Assembly: GCF_006345805.1 (NCBI RefSeq)
Contig: NC_043010.1
Coordinates: 14,570,001 to 14,634,000, forward strand
Direction: 5' to 3'
DNA: 64,000 nt
DNA from: Octopus sinensis
Lineage: Eukaryota
Shown here: positions 39,771-51,874 of the stretch, piece after piece
How the letters are laid out: every line of letters starts with the position of its first letter
Numbering within the stretch: position 1 is the stretch's first letter
Position numbers and translations under genes: made by a program
Notes under the pieces: model-generated
Database searches by the model: none
The model's input: the letters and a program-made list of their open reading frames with translations, nothing else
Told to the model about the DNA's origin: nothing

Positions 39771-40349
39771 ATATCTATATATATATATATAATGTCTTTG
39801 GTCTCAGTTCAAGCCGAACTTTGCTGTAAGATAAAGTTTCTGACTGCAACCATCTCATATTGTAAAGAAATGCTGATCTTCGATATTGAAATTAAGACAA
39901 TAAAGTATCAAAGAAGAAAAATGCTAGCATGGCAGATTAGTCGTAACATTGAGTTCTTCCACTGACTGTAGAGTAAAAATACTCTGAATTTTGATTCTGA
40001 AGCTAATATTTTGAAGTGAATTTCAATATTTTCGCTCCTTAAAATGAAAAGCAGCGATATAATAAATATGCCGTGGGTGATAAAGAAAAACATAAAAAGA
40101 AGTTGGCCAAATGACACACTCAAATGATGAGTGCTCTTATATGGACTCATCTAATCAATGACTGTAGCACTGATCGATTCTGTCGACCGATCCGTGATAG
40201 AGCTGTGACAAAATACACTTGCTTGTTGGAAGCTCTATTGACTAATGGCTGTCAACTATTGGATGTTCACTATAGAGTGAGGTTGCTGAAGTAGTTGGAG
40301 CGAGGCTGTGTATAGTTGTCAATTGTGCCTGGTTGTTGAAGTGGTTTTC

Positions 40350-40654
40350 TTTTTTGTTCCTTCTCGAGCCATTCCGGACTCATAAGGGCCGGTCTCCCGG
40401 TTTCTTGGCGTATAGGTTCCCCAGCTGGACAGGACGCCGGTCCGTCGCAGGTGAGCTGCAAGATGCAGGAGGAAAGAGTGAGAGAAAGTTGTGGCGAAAG
40501 AGTCAGCAGAAGTCTCGCCATTACTTTCTGCCGGAACCGCGTGGAGCTTAGGTGTTTTCGCTCATAAACACACGCATCGCCCGGTCTGAGATTCGAACCC
40601 GCGATCCCTCGACCGCGAGTCCGTTGCTCTAACCACTAGGCCATGTGCCTCCAC
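40350..40654 (-). mobile_element. SINE family C
   Basis: Full head and tail match to 3630-3937. Confidence 0.9.
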
Positions 40655-41059
40655 TGAAGTAGTTTAGGGTGGTGATAAGAGCGCAGCCATATGAGTCGCT
40701 GTTCAGTGGTTGTTGAGCCCCAGATCAATTTTGATCGAACAGACCTTACGGCCACAAGCACAGCAGCCTTGACCATAGGTCAAACAATATGTATCTAGAA
40801 TTACATAATAATTTGTATCTTAAAAAAAAAACCTGTGACGTTGGCGGCGGAAGTTTTTATGGTTGTGATACAAATATAATGTAATGGAGCAACACCAGCT
40901 CTTTCTTCTTCTTCTTCTTCTTCTTCTTCACAGTAAAAAAAACTGATTCTGCTCTGTGAATATTTTTGTGGCTCCATTTGTTAGATCCTCGCTGTTTCTT
41001 AAGTCAATTAGTTAAACAAAGAGGTATTACAATGGACAAGCGTTTCTAGAATATCTCTT

Positions 41060-42150
41060 CATCTGCCTTGTTCAGAAAGGACCTGGACAATGGGGACGTT
41101 TTAGATCATTCCAGGCCCATCACTCTGTTAAACGCAGAAGTGAAGATTTTGGCCAAGGATTTAGCAAAAAGGTTGGCGCGTGTCGCGAATGCTATTGTCG
41201 GGTGGCACAGATATGTGCCATCCCAGGCAGAACCATTCAGGATAATTTCCATCTTATTCGCTATACCATAGAGAGGTTGTTGATAACACTGGCAAAGGTG
41301 GGGCATTGGTGCATTTAGACCAATCTAAAGCTTTTGATAGGGTCGACCACCGATACCTGGCGACTGTGCTTGTGCGGTTTGGACTGGGCCTTGGCTTCCT
41401 CAGGCGGTTCATTGCTCTGTATCACATCATTGACTCGATAGTTCGGGTGAACTGTTTCCTTTCGAAACCGTTCTGCATCAGACGCTCGGTTCCTCAAGGA
41501 TGTCCGCTCTCACCACTTTTGTATGTTTTAGCTCTTCAGCCCCTACTGCGAAAGTTGAGTGATATCCCGAGAGAACCAGGTTTAGAAGAGTTTGTTTCGA
41601 CTCACGCGGGCGATATCACTATCAGCGGTACCACAGTAGCACGCCTACGTGTAGTGGGTAAGGCTATAGAGGTTTGCGAGACGGTGGCAGGAGCAAGGAT
41701 CAACTGGTTAAAGTCCAGTTGATCTTTGCAGCTCGGCGTTGTTGGGCGCTGGACGGAGGGACCGGTTAAATTGCTGGGAGTCTGGTTTAGACCAGGCCTC
41801 CAGATAGAGAAGAACTGAACGGAGGTTTCGAGCAGGGTTGCTACAATAGTCAAGACCTGGTCTTGGCGGTGGCTATCCCTATAAAAATTGACCCACCGGA
41901 ATTTTTAACAAATGAAGGTAAGAATTGTTTTCTCACTTTTGTTGCAATAGCGAAAGAGGCAGTATGGAAGACTAGGATAAAAGGGAATAGGACGGGTAAC
42001 TTTATCTCCGGCCACGAGTTAAGATCGTTTTTCACTTTTCACTTGAAAAGGAAAGTGTGGCTGGAGAAGAGATGCCCGTCGGAGAGTGTATTAAAAAAAA
42101 GATGGAAGCATGTTGCACGAGCGCTGTGCGTGCAAGGAACCATGTGAATA
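41060..42150 (+). mobile_element. Tx1/L1-clade LINE fragment, internally deleted
   Basis: RPITLLNAEVKILAK, PGRTIQDN, LDQSKAFDRVDH, VPQGCPLSPLLYVLAL, then a jump to the C-terminal IAKEAVWKTR segment. Confidence 0.85.
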
Positions 42151-42366
42151 GGCTATAGAAGAAAAAACAAGAGATGAAAGAAGTACCAGCGCTAGATCGG
42201 GGCTAATGGGGTCAGAGCGTGGCCTGGTCATCGCTAAATTCGTATTGTGTATTTCATTCGATTCGTATATATTTTATATAATTTATATATTCCTATTTAC
42301 TCCCTTTTACTCTTTTACTTGTTTCAGTCATTTGACTGACCCCAATCAGTTGTTTTGTCCTATTCT

Positions 42367-42760
42367 TTGTGTAGCCCCCTGTGGATAATAAAGAAATTGG
42401 TATTTCGTCTGTCCTTATGTTCAGAGTTCAAATTCCGCCGAGGTCGACTTTGCCTTTCATCCTTTCGGGGTTGATAAATTAAGTACCATTTGCGTACTGG
42501 AGTCAATCTAATCGACTAGCCACCTGCCACAAAATTTCGGGACTCGTGCCTAGAGTAGAACAGAATCATTAGCACGCCGGACAAAAGGCTTAGCGGAATT
42601 TCGTCCGTCTTTAGGTTCTGAGTTCAAATTCTACCGGGGTCGACTTTGCCTTTCGTCCTTAGGGGGCCGATAAGTACCAGTTAAAGACTGGGGTCGATGT
42701 AATCGACTTACCCCCTCCACCGAAATTACTGGTCTCGTGCCAAAATTTGAAATCAATATT
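42367..42760 (+). mobile_element. Two SINE family A units (short-tail variants)
   Basis: Core units at ~42400-42560 and ~42570-42760; the first is preceded by the linker aaagaaattgg|tatttcgtc. Confidence 0.8.
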
Positions 42761-43028
42761 TGTAGCATGGAGGTATGTCACCAGACAAGGCAAATAGTTA
42801 GGGTTGTCTTATAACTCCAGGTTGGTCCTAAACGGTCATTCTTATGAACAAAAGCCTTCCAGCCATGACTATCTAGTATGTTTCTCTAACTACACTTAGG
42901 ATACTATCAGACAAATATGTTCTTTTCAAAGATAGTAGATTGTCCTTTGAAGATTTGGCTGCTATTTCAAACAGGTCATCTCCACATAGGAAGTCTGTGC
43001 ATATGAAGACAGAACAAGCGGGTGGAGG

Positions 43029-43127
<99 letters not shown>

Positions 43128-43629
43128 AGGTCAAGAAAGAAAGAGAGAAGGAGGAAACGAGGGAGTGAAAAAGCTGTGCTTCTGTCATTATAAATTTATA
43201 TATACACGAGCACACAAATATGTGTATTATTATTGTATATTTTTTGCATATTTGTGACATATTTCTGTAGATTGCGATGGAAATACGGAAATATCAAAGT
43301 AGAAGCGAGGGTTGGGAGAGAGAGAGAGAGAGAGAAAAGGAAAATTTTCTGACAGATTCCAGATAGATTGCTAGAGAGATATCCGTGTCTGTCTGTCCTT
43401 CTATCGATCTGTCTATTTGGAATCTGTCAACATATTTTCTTTAGCTTCTCCCATCCACCCTCTCCGCAATTCTCTTATATTTCATTATTTCCACCCACAT
43501 TTCTATACGTGCTGCACAAATATGTATGCATAAGTGATAGGAACAGCGCTAAGTTACCCCCCCCCCTCTCACGCACTGTCTATATATACACACATACATA
43601 CAGATACATACACACATATTTGTGTGCGC

Positions 43630-43667
<38 letters not shown>

Positions 43668-44785
43668 ACGCAACTCATTCATTTCACTGCACGAACTTCT
43701 CCCGATCCATATGCAAATTCCACAAAGCGTTGTGCGGTGAATGAACACGTCCATGATGTCACGTGACCGGATATGCATACTTCGGTCATGTTACAAGTCA
43801 AATGCCATCAGTGATTTTTGTGAAGATATTTCGGATTGAAGCACGAACTACAATGGGCGATTGAGATATTGTGCTCGCCTGGAAATATATCTTGTTCTCT
43901 CTTCTTACTTAATCTGTCAATATGTTTGTCTCATTCTCATTCCGTTTGGCCTTCTCTTCGTCCGTCCGTTTCTCTCCCCCTCTCTTTACAAGCGACCGTC
44001 ACAGTAATGCGACGATGATAGCAGATGTAGTGATGTTAAGTAGGTGTTGGTGCTTGCAGCATTGTGCCAACTTAGATATTTCTGTAGACCTACGACAGTG
44101 GATATATAATAGTCAGATTAAGAGAGGAGGGGAGTTGAGCCCATATGGTGTAAAGGAGCGAAAAGAGAAGATTAATCCATGTTCACGGCGAAGGCGGGAG
44201 TCCGGATGGCCCCTGTGCAAATTACAGTCGCGTATTTCCTTCCTCTTGTAAAGAAGGCTATTCCTTCACCCATTTGTTATTTACCATTCAATATTTCCTC
44301 TATCTCTTCCTGCGGCGCGTGTTCTATTCTATTTTCATTCGAAAATGTTCTGAATATCACCGTTCTGCTTTCCATTTTTCTTTTTTCCACCTCTGGCAGG
44401 GTCATTTTTATATTTGACCCTTTTTATCATGCCATAATATTTTGCTATCTTCTCATTCCACTCCATCCTCTTCGGCTTCAGCACACGTGAGTCTCTAGCA
44501 TCTCGACCTCCAGTAGCGTCTGCGTAACTCTTCTTTTCTGCCATTATTCACTTCCACCCAAAGATGGTGGCATCGCACAAAAAAATTCCGCTTAGTATTC
44601 TTCAAAAAACAACAAAAACCGAGTCCGCTAGAGATAGCAGTGGTTCACTCCAGCTTACAATATATAGAAAATAAATGACAACCAGACACTGATCTTGCAA
44701 GAAGCAAATTAGCTAGTAAGAAAATCTCTATAAAAGATTAAAGCAGAAACTATACTGAGATGTAATGTTTATCGCCACTTCAACA

Positions 44786-45078
44786 TGTTGTTTGTTCCTT
44801 CTCGAGCCATGCCTGGCTCATAAGGGCCGGTTTCCCGGTTTCCTTGGCGTGTAGGTTCCCCACCTGGACGGGACGCCGGTCCGTCGCAGGTGAGCTGCAA
44901 GATGCAGGAGGAAAGAGTGAGAGAAAGTTGTGGCGAAAGAGTCAGCAGAAGTTTCGCCATTACCTTCTGCCGGAGCCGCGTGGAGCTTAGGTGTTTCGCT
45001 CATAAACACACATATCACCCGGTCTGAAATTCGAAACCGCGAGTCTGCTGCTCTAACCACTAGGCCATGTGCCTCCAC
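44786..45078 (-). mobile_element. SINE family C
   Basis: Match to 3630-3937 with a small deletion in the head. Confidence 0.88.
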
Positions 45079-45429
45079 AGGAACCGACGTTACTACCATT
45101 TTAATACACACACGCACACACACACACACACACACGCACAGTGATTCCTTTAGTATTTTAATTTCAAATGTATGTGTGTGTTTATCAATGTATATGTATA
45201 TATACATAAACACTCACACACACATACATACATACACCCACATACACCCGCAGTCTCTCTTTACAAACACATACATACAGGCATGGAGAGGGTCTACCAC
45301 CTAGAATCGACCCTTGTGACAAGCTTCCATCATAGTTTTTGTCTACCAAAAGATAAAGGTTCGACCTGACTCTTTAGGAGAAAACACTTGCTAAAATGTA
45401 AAGTATAATAGCCATCACAATATGGCTAA

Positions 45430-45950
45430 CCACAAAGGGTGGGTGTTACTGTAGCTTTTAGCCCCAGGAGATCATCGTCTCCAGCTGGCTTTAGGCACAC
45501 TATCTGTGCCCTTATGGTATTTGCAAAGGGAGGCCATCCCTTTCTCGTAAGCCTAAGTGATACGCACGGACTGCAGTTTCGAGGTTGTTGCCTCTTGTCA
45601 ACGGGCAGTAATCACCGTATTACGATGAAAGGGAAAGCCTGTATGCAAATATCACCGTGACCACCGTGACCGACAAGGCTATCAGATGTTGTTACACATC
45701 GCTAGTCACAATGCGCTTCGCATTGTTTTAGCCTTCAAATGATGCCACCCCGCTGGCTAAGCGAGCAGGCCAACAGAAGAAAGAGTGAGAGAAAGTTGTG
45801 GCGAAAGAGTACAGCAGGGATCGCCACCACCCCCTGCCGGAGCCTCGTGGAGCTTTAGGTGTTTTCGCTCAATAAACACTCACAACGCCCGGTCTGGAAA
45901 TCGAAACCGCGATCCTACGACCGCGAGTCGTAGGATCCCCTTAACCACAC
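45430..45950 (-). mobile_element. SINE with family C-like head and a different 3' half (family E1)
   Basis: Head shared with 51511-51874 and family C; diverges after ctctcactcttt. Confidence 0.65.
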
Positions 45951-46142
45951 GTTCATGTATAAACCCGTTCATTATAGTGTTCCGTCCCTTAACTGGGGTA
46001 CAGCACTAAAATATATATTTATTTCTAGGAGGATTGAACCAGAAGAAGTTTTGGGTCCTGGTGATTGACGGGCGCAGAGAATACAGTGTTTGCCAAAACA
46101 TGTCATTCTCCAAGCTCTCTCAACGAGTTGAACTCAACCTTC

Positions 46143-46217
<75 letters not shown>

Positions 46218-46640
46218 ATTTAACTTAAAGAGATGGACTCGAGCGTCCAAGCAAGCGACACTTTAACACAGTTTCAAAAAGTTATGCAACCGCTTTAAGC
46301 AGTCGATCAATCTGCTAGAAATGACAGTGAAATCTCTTTCAAGTCACACTTTCCCGTCTTAAATAAGGTAGTATCACAGTAAATGTAATCCTACACACCT
46401 CTAAAAGGTAATGAGGTCATAAGTGGAATGTCTTTGATTAAAAGGTCTTCTCGATAGGGGCTGACCAAGGGTTAAACAGCTTCCATAACGACACACCTTG
46501 TTTTCTACTGCTTTACACACAAAGACAGCGATTATGGGAAAATACGACCGACTTATTGGTTCCTTACCAAATACTTTATACAGACTAGTCTAGCTACTAT
46601 AAGGGTGTTAATTGTTCATCTTATTACGACTTTCAACATT

Positions 46641-46947
46641 TTGTTGTTTGTTCCTTCTCGAGCCATGTCTGGCTCATAAGGGCCGGTTTCCCTGTTTCCT
46701 TGGCGTATAGGTTCCCCACCTGGACGGGACGCCAGTCCATCGCAGGTGAGCTGCAAGCTGCAGGAGGAAACTGTGAGAGAAAGTTGTGGCGAAAGATTCA
46801 GCAGAAGTTTGCCATTACCTTCTGTCGGAGCCGCGTGGAGCTTAGGTGTTTTCGCTCAGAAACACACACATGGTTGGTCTGAGATTCGAACCCGCGATCC
46901 CTCGACCGTGAGTCCGCTGCTCTAACCACTAGGCCATGTGCCTCCAC
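46641..46947 (-). mobile_element. SINE family C with TSD, ~70 bp into the VMAT intron
   Basis: TSD actttca(a/g)catt at 46629-46640 and 46948-46959. Confidence 0.9.
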
Positions 46948-47018
46948 ACTTTCAGCATTCACCGAACTCTTCATAAAAAGAGATATAAAAGGAAGTATCT
47001 CAAGCGTGTGGTACTTAC

Positions 47019-47145
47019 CTACTGTTGTCAACAGCATGTTGTCTAGGAAAAGGGCGATGAAGACGATGAAAAGTACTAACTGACGAGAATTGCGACATCT
47101 TGAAAACAAGTCAATAATATAGTTCCGTCCAAAAGATTCTGTCAT
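47019..47145 (-). CDS. VMAT: Vesicular monoamine transporter, first coding exon (aa 1-42 plus first base of V43)
   Basis: Encodes MTESFGRNYIIDLFSRCRNSRQLVLFIVFIALFLDNMLLTTV, matching the SLC18 TM1 signature (SRKL..FIVFLALLLDNMLLT) with the conserved Asp (human VMAT2 D33). Ends in G|GTAAGT (phase 1 donor at 47018). Confidence 0.93.
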
Positions 47146-47209
47146 TGTGCTGACGGCAGCGTTCTTGGTTTCAACTCAAATTGACGAGGCCAAACTCATT
47201 CGACGCTTC
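47146..47209 (-). other. 5' UTR part of the first coding exon, preceded by a splice acceptor
   Basis: Minus strand reads ttgttttttttttatctatttctcgttttAG|gaagcg (AG at 47211-47210), a long polypyrimidine tract that implies an upstream non-coding exon. Confidence 0.6.
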
Positions 47210-47699
47210 CTAAAACGAGAAATAGATAAAAAAAAAAACAATATAGTAATTGGTGAATTTAGTCTGATGTTCTTTCCTCTCCTATGTCTAGTATGTATCA
47301 CAGCTTGTTAGAGGGTTACTGTGAGGCTGTCCTCGCATAAAACACGTTCAGCCTCACTAGAGAATTCGTCTTAAAAGTCAGTAGGAAGAAAGATGCAAAC
47401 AGGAATCTTAGAGTTGAGATTGATGACGAATGTCTTCACCAATTCTTTAGTTAACGATTAAGATAATCTGGATGAAACGATGAGGTGTATGTGAAGTGCA
47501 ATGGTTGAAACAGAAGTCGTACCCCCGGAGTTTTTGAAAATTTAATACCACTTCATAATGCTCTGAAACACACACACAATCATATTCACATACATAAATC
47601 TATCTGCAAGTATACGTAAATATGTACATATCATATATATGTACAGTGCATATGCATATTACACACACCCATACACATACACACGTACACACACGCGCG

Positions 47700-48415
47700 C
47701 ATCTTGGTCTTGGGTTGTAGCCTCTGTAGGCTGAAGAGTTTGCCACAAGTCCTGAAGCTGGTCTCAATGCTGGTTTCGTCGCCGTTACAGAAGGCATCCG
47801 ACAGCGTGACTGAGAACAGCATACTGAACAGTGAAGGTGCGAGTACAAAACCCTGCTTGAGTCAGTGAATGAGAACGCGTCGGAAGAATCTCTATTGTCC
47901 AGTGCTCGTACAAGCATGAGGTCGGGGAACTGTCGCACCATGGTGATAAATTTATCCCATAATCCTCCAAAGTCCCTCATGACCGACGGTCTCAAAGGCC
48001 TTGGTTAGATCTACGCTCCCCCTGAAGTTGGCGGCAGAGATCATGTCAACTGTCCCACGACCCTCTCTGAAGATATACTGACTCTCTGATAGGTGTCTGT
48101 CTTGCATGTGGTGAGTGAGATGGTTAAGGACTCTTGAGAGTATCTTGCCAGCAATGGCAAAGAGAGAAATTCCTCGATGGTTGTCACATGACTGCCTGTT
48201 TCCCTTTCTCTTGTAGAGATGGACAGTAGAAGCGTCCTTGAACTCTTGAGGAAAATCTTTCAGTTGCCACATGATCTGGATGAGATTGGTGAGCTTCTGT
48301 GCCAAGATTGGTCCCCCTGCCTTGTATAGTCCAGCAGGGTTTGAGTCAGATCCTGGTGTCTTGGCATTCATGAGACGTTTGATTGCTTCCTGAACCTTTG
48401 CTTCTATTGGAGGAT
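47700..48415 (-). mobile_element. RTE-clade LINE RT segment (inverted 5' part)
   Basis: PEFKDA-like QEFKDASTVHLYKRKGNRQSCDNHRGISL..IAGKILSRVL, VDLTKAFETVGHEGLW, RLQPKTKMRA. Confidence 0.88.
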
Positions 48416-48434
48416 ATGCAGATGCCATCTTGGT

Positions 48435-48912
48435 GCATGCAAACGACATTCTGTTCGCAGACGACTGCGCACTTAACGCCGCCACAGAAGCCCAGTTGCA
48501 GTGGAGTATGAACTGCTTTCCTACAGCCTACAATAACTTTTGCCTCACAATCAGTACTCAGAAGACAGAGGTCACGTACCAACCTGCCCCACAGAAGCTC
48601 CACCAGCTTTCATTGTCGAAGGGGAAACACTGAAGGTTGTAAAGTTCACATACCTCGGCAGCAAACTCTCCAGATCATTGAAGATGAGGTCGACACACGC
48701 ATCGAGAAGGGGAGCTCAGCATTCGAGCGGATACGTGAATCAGTGTGGAAGAAGAAAGTCACCAAATTGAAGGTGTACCAACCAGTTGTACTACCTATGC
48801 TACCGTACGTCTGTGAGGAATGGGCGGTTTATGAACGCTATACCAAAAGCTAATTCGCTTTCACATAAACTGCCCGAGAGAGATGTTGAAAATCATCTGG
48901 CAAGACAAAAAA
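48435..48912 (+). mobile_element. RTE-clade LINE RT segment (3' continuation)
   Basis: DILFADDCAL, LTISTQKTEV.YQPAP, KFTYLGS, IWQDK. Confidence 0.85.
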
Positions 48913-49811
48913 ACTTTAAAGTGACGGCTGTTTGGAACGCTTTAAGCCTTACAATAACGACTATCCGGACCGATTTAGACGTTTTATTTTTTAACCATGG
49001 GAGGAGCCTTTTCGGTAAAAAAAAAAAACAAAACGAAATTCTAAATATTTTCAGAGAAAAATGTGAACAATTCTAGGGAGGTTTCGCTGTTGTTTCTAGC
49101 ACCCCCCCTCTTTTCACTCTCATATGTTTTTCAATATTTTTCTCCCATTAAACATATTTTATGGAATGATGATGCCGAAGTAACACACGCGTAGTCCATT
49201 GATGGAATATAAGCAACAAAATAAAATGTAATCTAAATTTTTGCTCCCCTCCTCAGCCAAGCGAAGGTGTATGTGTGTAAGAAAAAGCATTTTCTAACTG
49301 AAAAGTATGCTATTAAAATGAATTATCGTTTACAGAGCACTGTTTTATAAACACTGTGGATAAATGCCAGCAATGACCTTCTCAGGTTCTTCAATATTTT
49401 AAATTTTAATTTCTAAGCAGAAGCAATCACTCACTTTTCCTTCTGAAAATATTAATTTTTTTTTTTTTACTGAAAATGTTTATCCCATGGTTTTGAAGTG
49501 CAAAACACTTGGCCAAAATAGTAATGCCCTTTTATTTATATGATTTTTCCAATTCATGTTTATTTCATTCATTGTTTGCAATGTTCTCTCTCTCACATAC
49601 ACTGCAAAGCTTACAGATGGGCTGCTGAATTGAAATCTCTATATTGCTTTGAGGGGCAAGTTAAACTTGACAAACTGCTTCTCCGTCTGTTTTTGGACTA
49701 CCGTGATGTTTGCTTAAAAAAAGAGCTTATGACTGTGATAAAATAACGAAAACAGAATTTTCTAAGCAAGTGACCACTATTATACAAAGAAATTATTAGA
49801 CGTAAAATATT

Positions 49812-50087
49812 ACACAAAAGCCTCTTCACTTGTTTCGAGTGCTCTCCATTAATTTGTAGTGCTACACACGCACTCACGCACACACGTATATATCATATAT
49901 TTATGCGCGCGCGCGCGCGTGTGTGTGTACACTCATACACATATATAATATATGCGTGTCTGTCCCTATATATGTGTGTGTGTGTGTTTGTGTGTATGTG
50001 TGTGCGTGCATGAGTGCGTGCGCTCGTGTGTGTAGTACTACAAATTAATAGAGAGCACTCGAGACAAACGTTAAGAGGCTTTTGTGT
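49812..50087. repeat. Foldback element: ~55-bp inverted repeats around a microsatellite core
   Basis: acacaaaagcctctt..cgagtgctctccattaatttgtagtgctacacacg pairs with cgtgtgtgtagtactacaaattaatagagagcactcg..aagaggcttttgtgt. Confidence 0.75.
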
Positions 50088-50551
50088 CCTGTTTAGATGC
50101 TGAACTGGGACATATGTTCATGTAAACGAGACCTGATTCACCGAGTTCCCACCACCCCTTTACTACTCATGATACTAATAAATCTCACAAGACCAGACAC
50201 TAGCAACAAGAAAATCTGATGAAGTTATTGATGAGAGTATTTGCCAAGTAAAGAGAGTCGTATTTGCTAATCAAACAGAGTGAATTGTGTTCTGGCTGAT
50301 TGGCCGGAAGTGATCAGTAGCGAGAGTTCTATCACCTCGTCCCTCACATATTTGCTCTGGTGAATTAATGGAGAAGGGAAAACGTGTCACACCCAACAGA
50401 CAAATAGAACTGACAGAATCGAAGATAATGTTTAGTCGAAGCCGCCATTCAGTTTGGCTTCATTAGGTCCAGGTTGAAAGATATTCCAACCGTAGTTGTC
50501 TGCTCTTTTTATAACGGTCTATTGTATTGAAGACTATATTATCTAATGTGT

Positions 50552-50969
50552 TAAGGTGGCGGGCTGGCAGAAACGTTAGCACGCCGGGCGAAATGCTTAG
50601 CGGTATTTCGTCTGCCATTACGTTCTGAGTTCAAATTCCGCCGAGGTTGACTTTGCCTTTCATCCTTACGGGGTCGATAAATTAAGTACCAGTTACGCAC
50701 TGGGGTCGATCTAATCGACTTAATACCTATGTCTGTCCTTGTTAGTCCCCTCTATGTTTAGCCCCTTGTGGGTAATAAAGAAATAGGTATTTCGTCTGTC
50801 GTTACGTTTTGAGTTCAAATTCCGCCGAGGTCGACTTTGCCTTTCATCTTTTCGGGGTCGATAAATAAAGTACCAGTTTCGCACTGGGGTCGATGTAATC
50901 GACTTAATCCCTTTGTCTGTCCTTGTTTGTCCCCTCTATGTTTAGCCCCTTGTGGGTAGTAAAGAAATA
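50552..50969 (+). mobile_element. SINE family A dimer within one TSD
   Basis: 17-bp TSD tatattatctaatgtgt at 50535-50551 and 50970-50986. Confidence 0.9.
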
Positions 50970-51510
50970 TATATTATCTAATGTGTCCCCTTTATGGATC
51001 CTAGCGGCAGGTATTTAAAGGGAAAATTCGACAAGTCAGTCAGTCACCGGCTGATACTCGCTGACGATACATCGAAGAGGCCAAGGAACAGAAGAAAGAA
51101 GACACGCACCCAACACCAGAGCTGAAGACACCTCCGAAAGGGGGGGGGGCACGTCAAAACGGTAGAGGATTAGGAGCCGAAACCGGACGTGGTTCCTCCT
51201 GATGATGTCTTGAGCTAACTGGATCCTATAAAGGAGCTGTGTGTAATTCCTCCATCATCGCAAAGATGGATTGTTTGGCGGTAGTTGTAGTGGTGACGGT
51301 TGTTGCAGTAGCTCTGTATTTCACGGTTGAAATATGATTTTGTTTTGTATTTCCTGCTGTTTGTTTACATTCATTAATATTTTTTTTTTACCTTTTTATG
51401 TTTCGTGGTTGTTTTCCTATTTTATCTTTGTTTTGCTTTGTAATATTTCTTAGAGGCGTATCCCAGGGAAGACGAGACCATTTTGGCCTTTTGATAAGAC
51501 TGTAGAATAA

Positions 51511-51874
51511 CATGGCCCAGTGGTTAGGGCAGCGGACTCGCGGTCATAGGATCGCGGTTTCGATTCTCAGACCGGGCGTTGTGAGTGTTTATTGAGCGAA
51601 AACACCTGAGGCTCCGGCAGGGGATGGTGGTGATCCCTGCTGTACTCTTTCACCACAACTTCCTCTCACTCTTATTTCCTGTTTCTGTTGTACCTGTATT
51701 TCAAAGGGCCGGCCTTGTCACTCTCTGTGTCACGCTGAATATCCCCGAGAACTATGTTAAGGGTACACGTGTCTGTGGAGTGCTCAGCCACTTACACGTT
51801 AATTTCACGAGCAGGCTGCTCCGTTGATTCGGATCAACCGGAACCCTCATCGTCGTAACCGACGGAGTGCTTCC
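51511..51874 (+). mobile_element. SINE with family C-like head and another 3' half (family E2)
   Basis: tRNA-like head catggcccagtggttagggcagcggactcgcgg; 3' half unrelated to families C and E1. Confidence 0.7.

Larger units (their letters stand above)
2335..47018 (-). other. VMAT intron between coding exons 1 and 2 (~44.7 kb, contains an assembly gap)
   Basis: GT..AG boundaries with matching phase 1; no other SLC18-like coding segment seen between them. Confidence 0.8.

Noticed and set aside
44335-44544. ORF MAEKKSYADATGG... (69 aa, minus)
   Set aside because: SYAD-like starts occur in LINE ORF1 proteins, but there is no further recognisable homology or splice support.
1923-47145. Assignment as vesicular acetylcholine transporter (VAChT/SLC18A3)
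   Set aside because: TM1 reads LDNMLLTTVVPIIP, the VMAT-type motif, not the VAChT-type LDNMLYMVIVPI; introns also interrupt the coding region.
51115-51215. CTGAAGA..GAAAC..CTGATGA cluster
   Set aside because: No register gives properly paired stems I, II and III together; possibly a decayed Penelope-type repeat, but not supportable.
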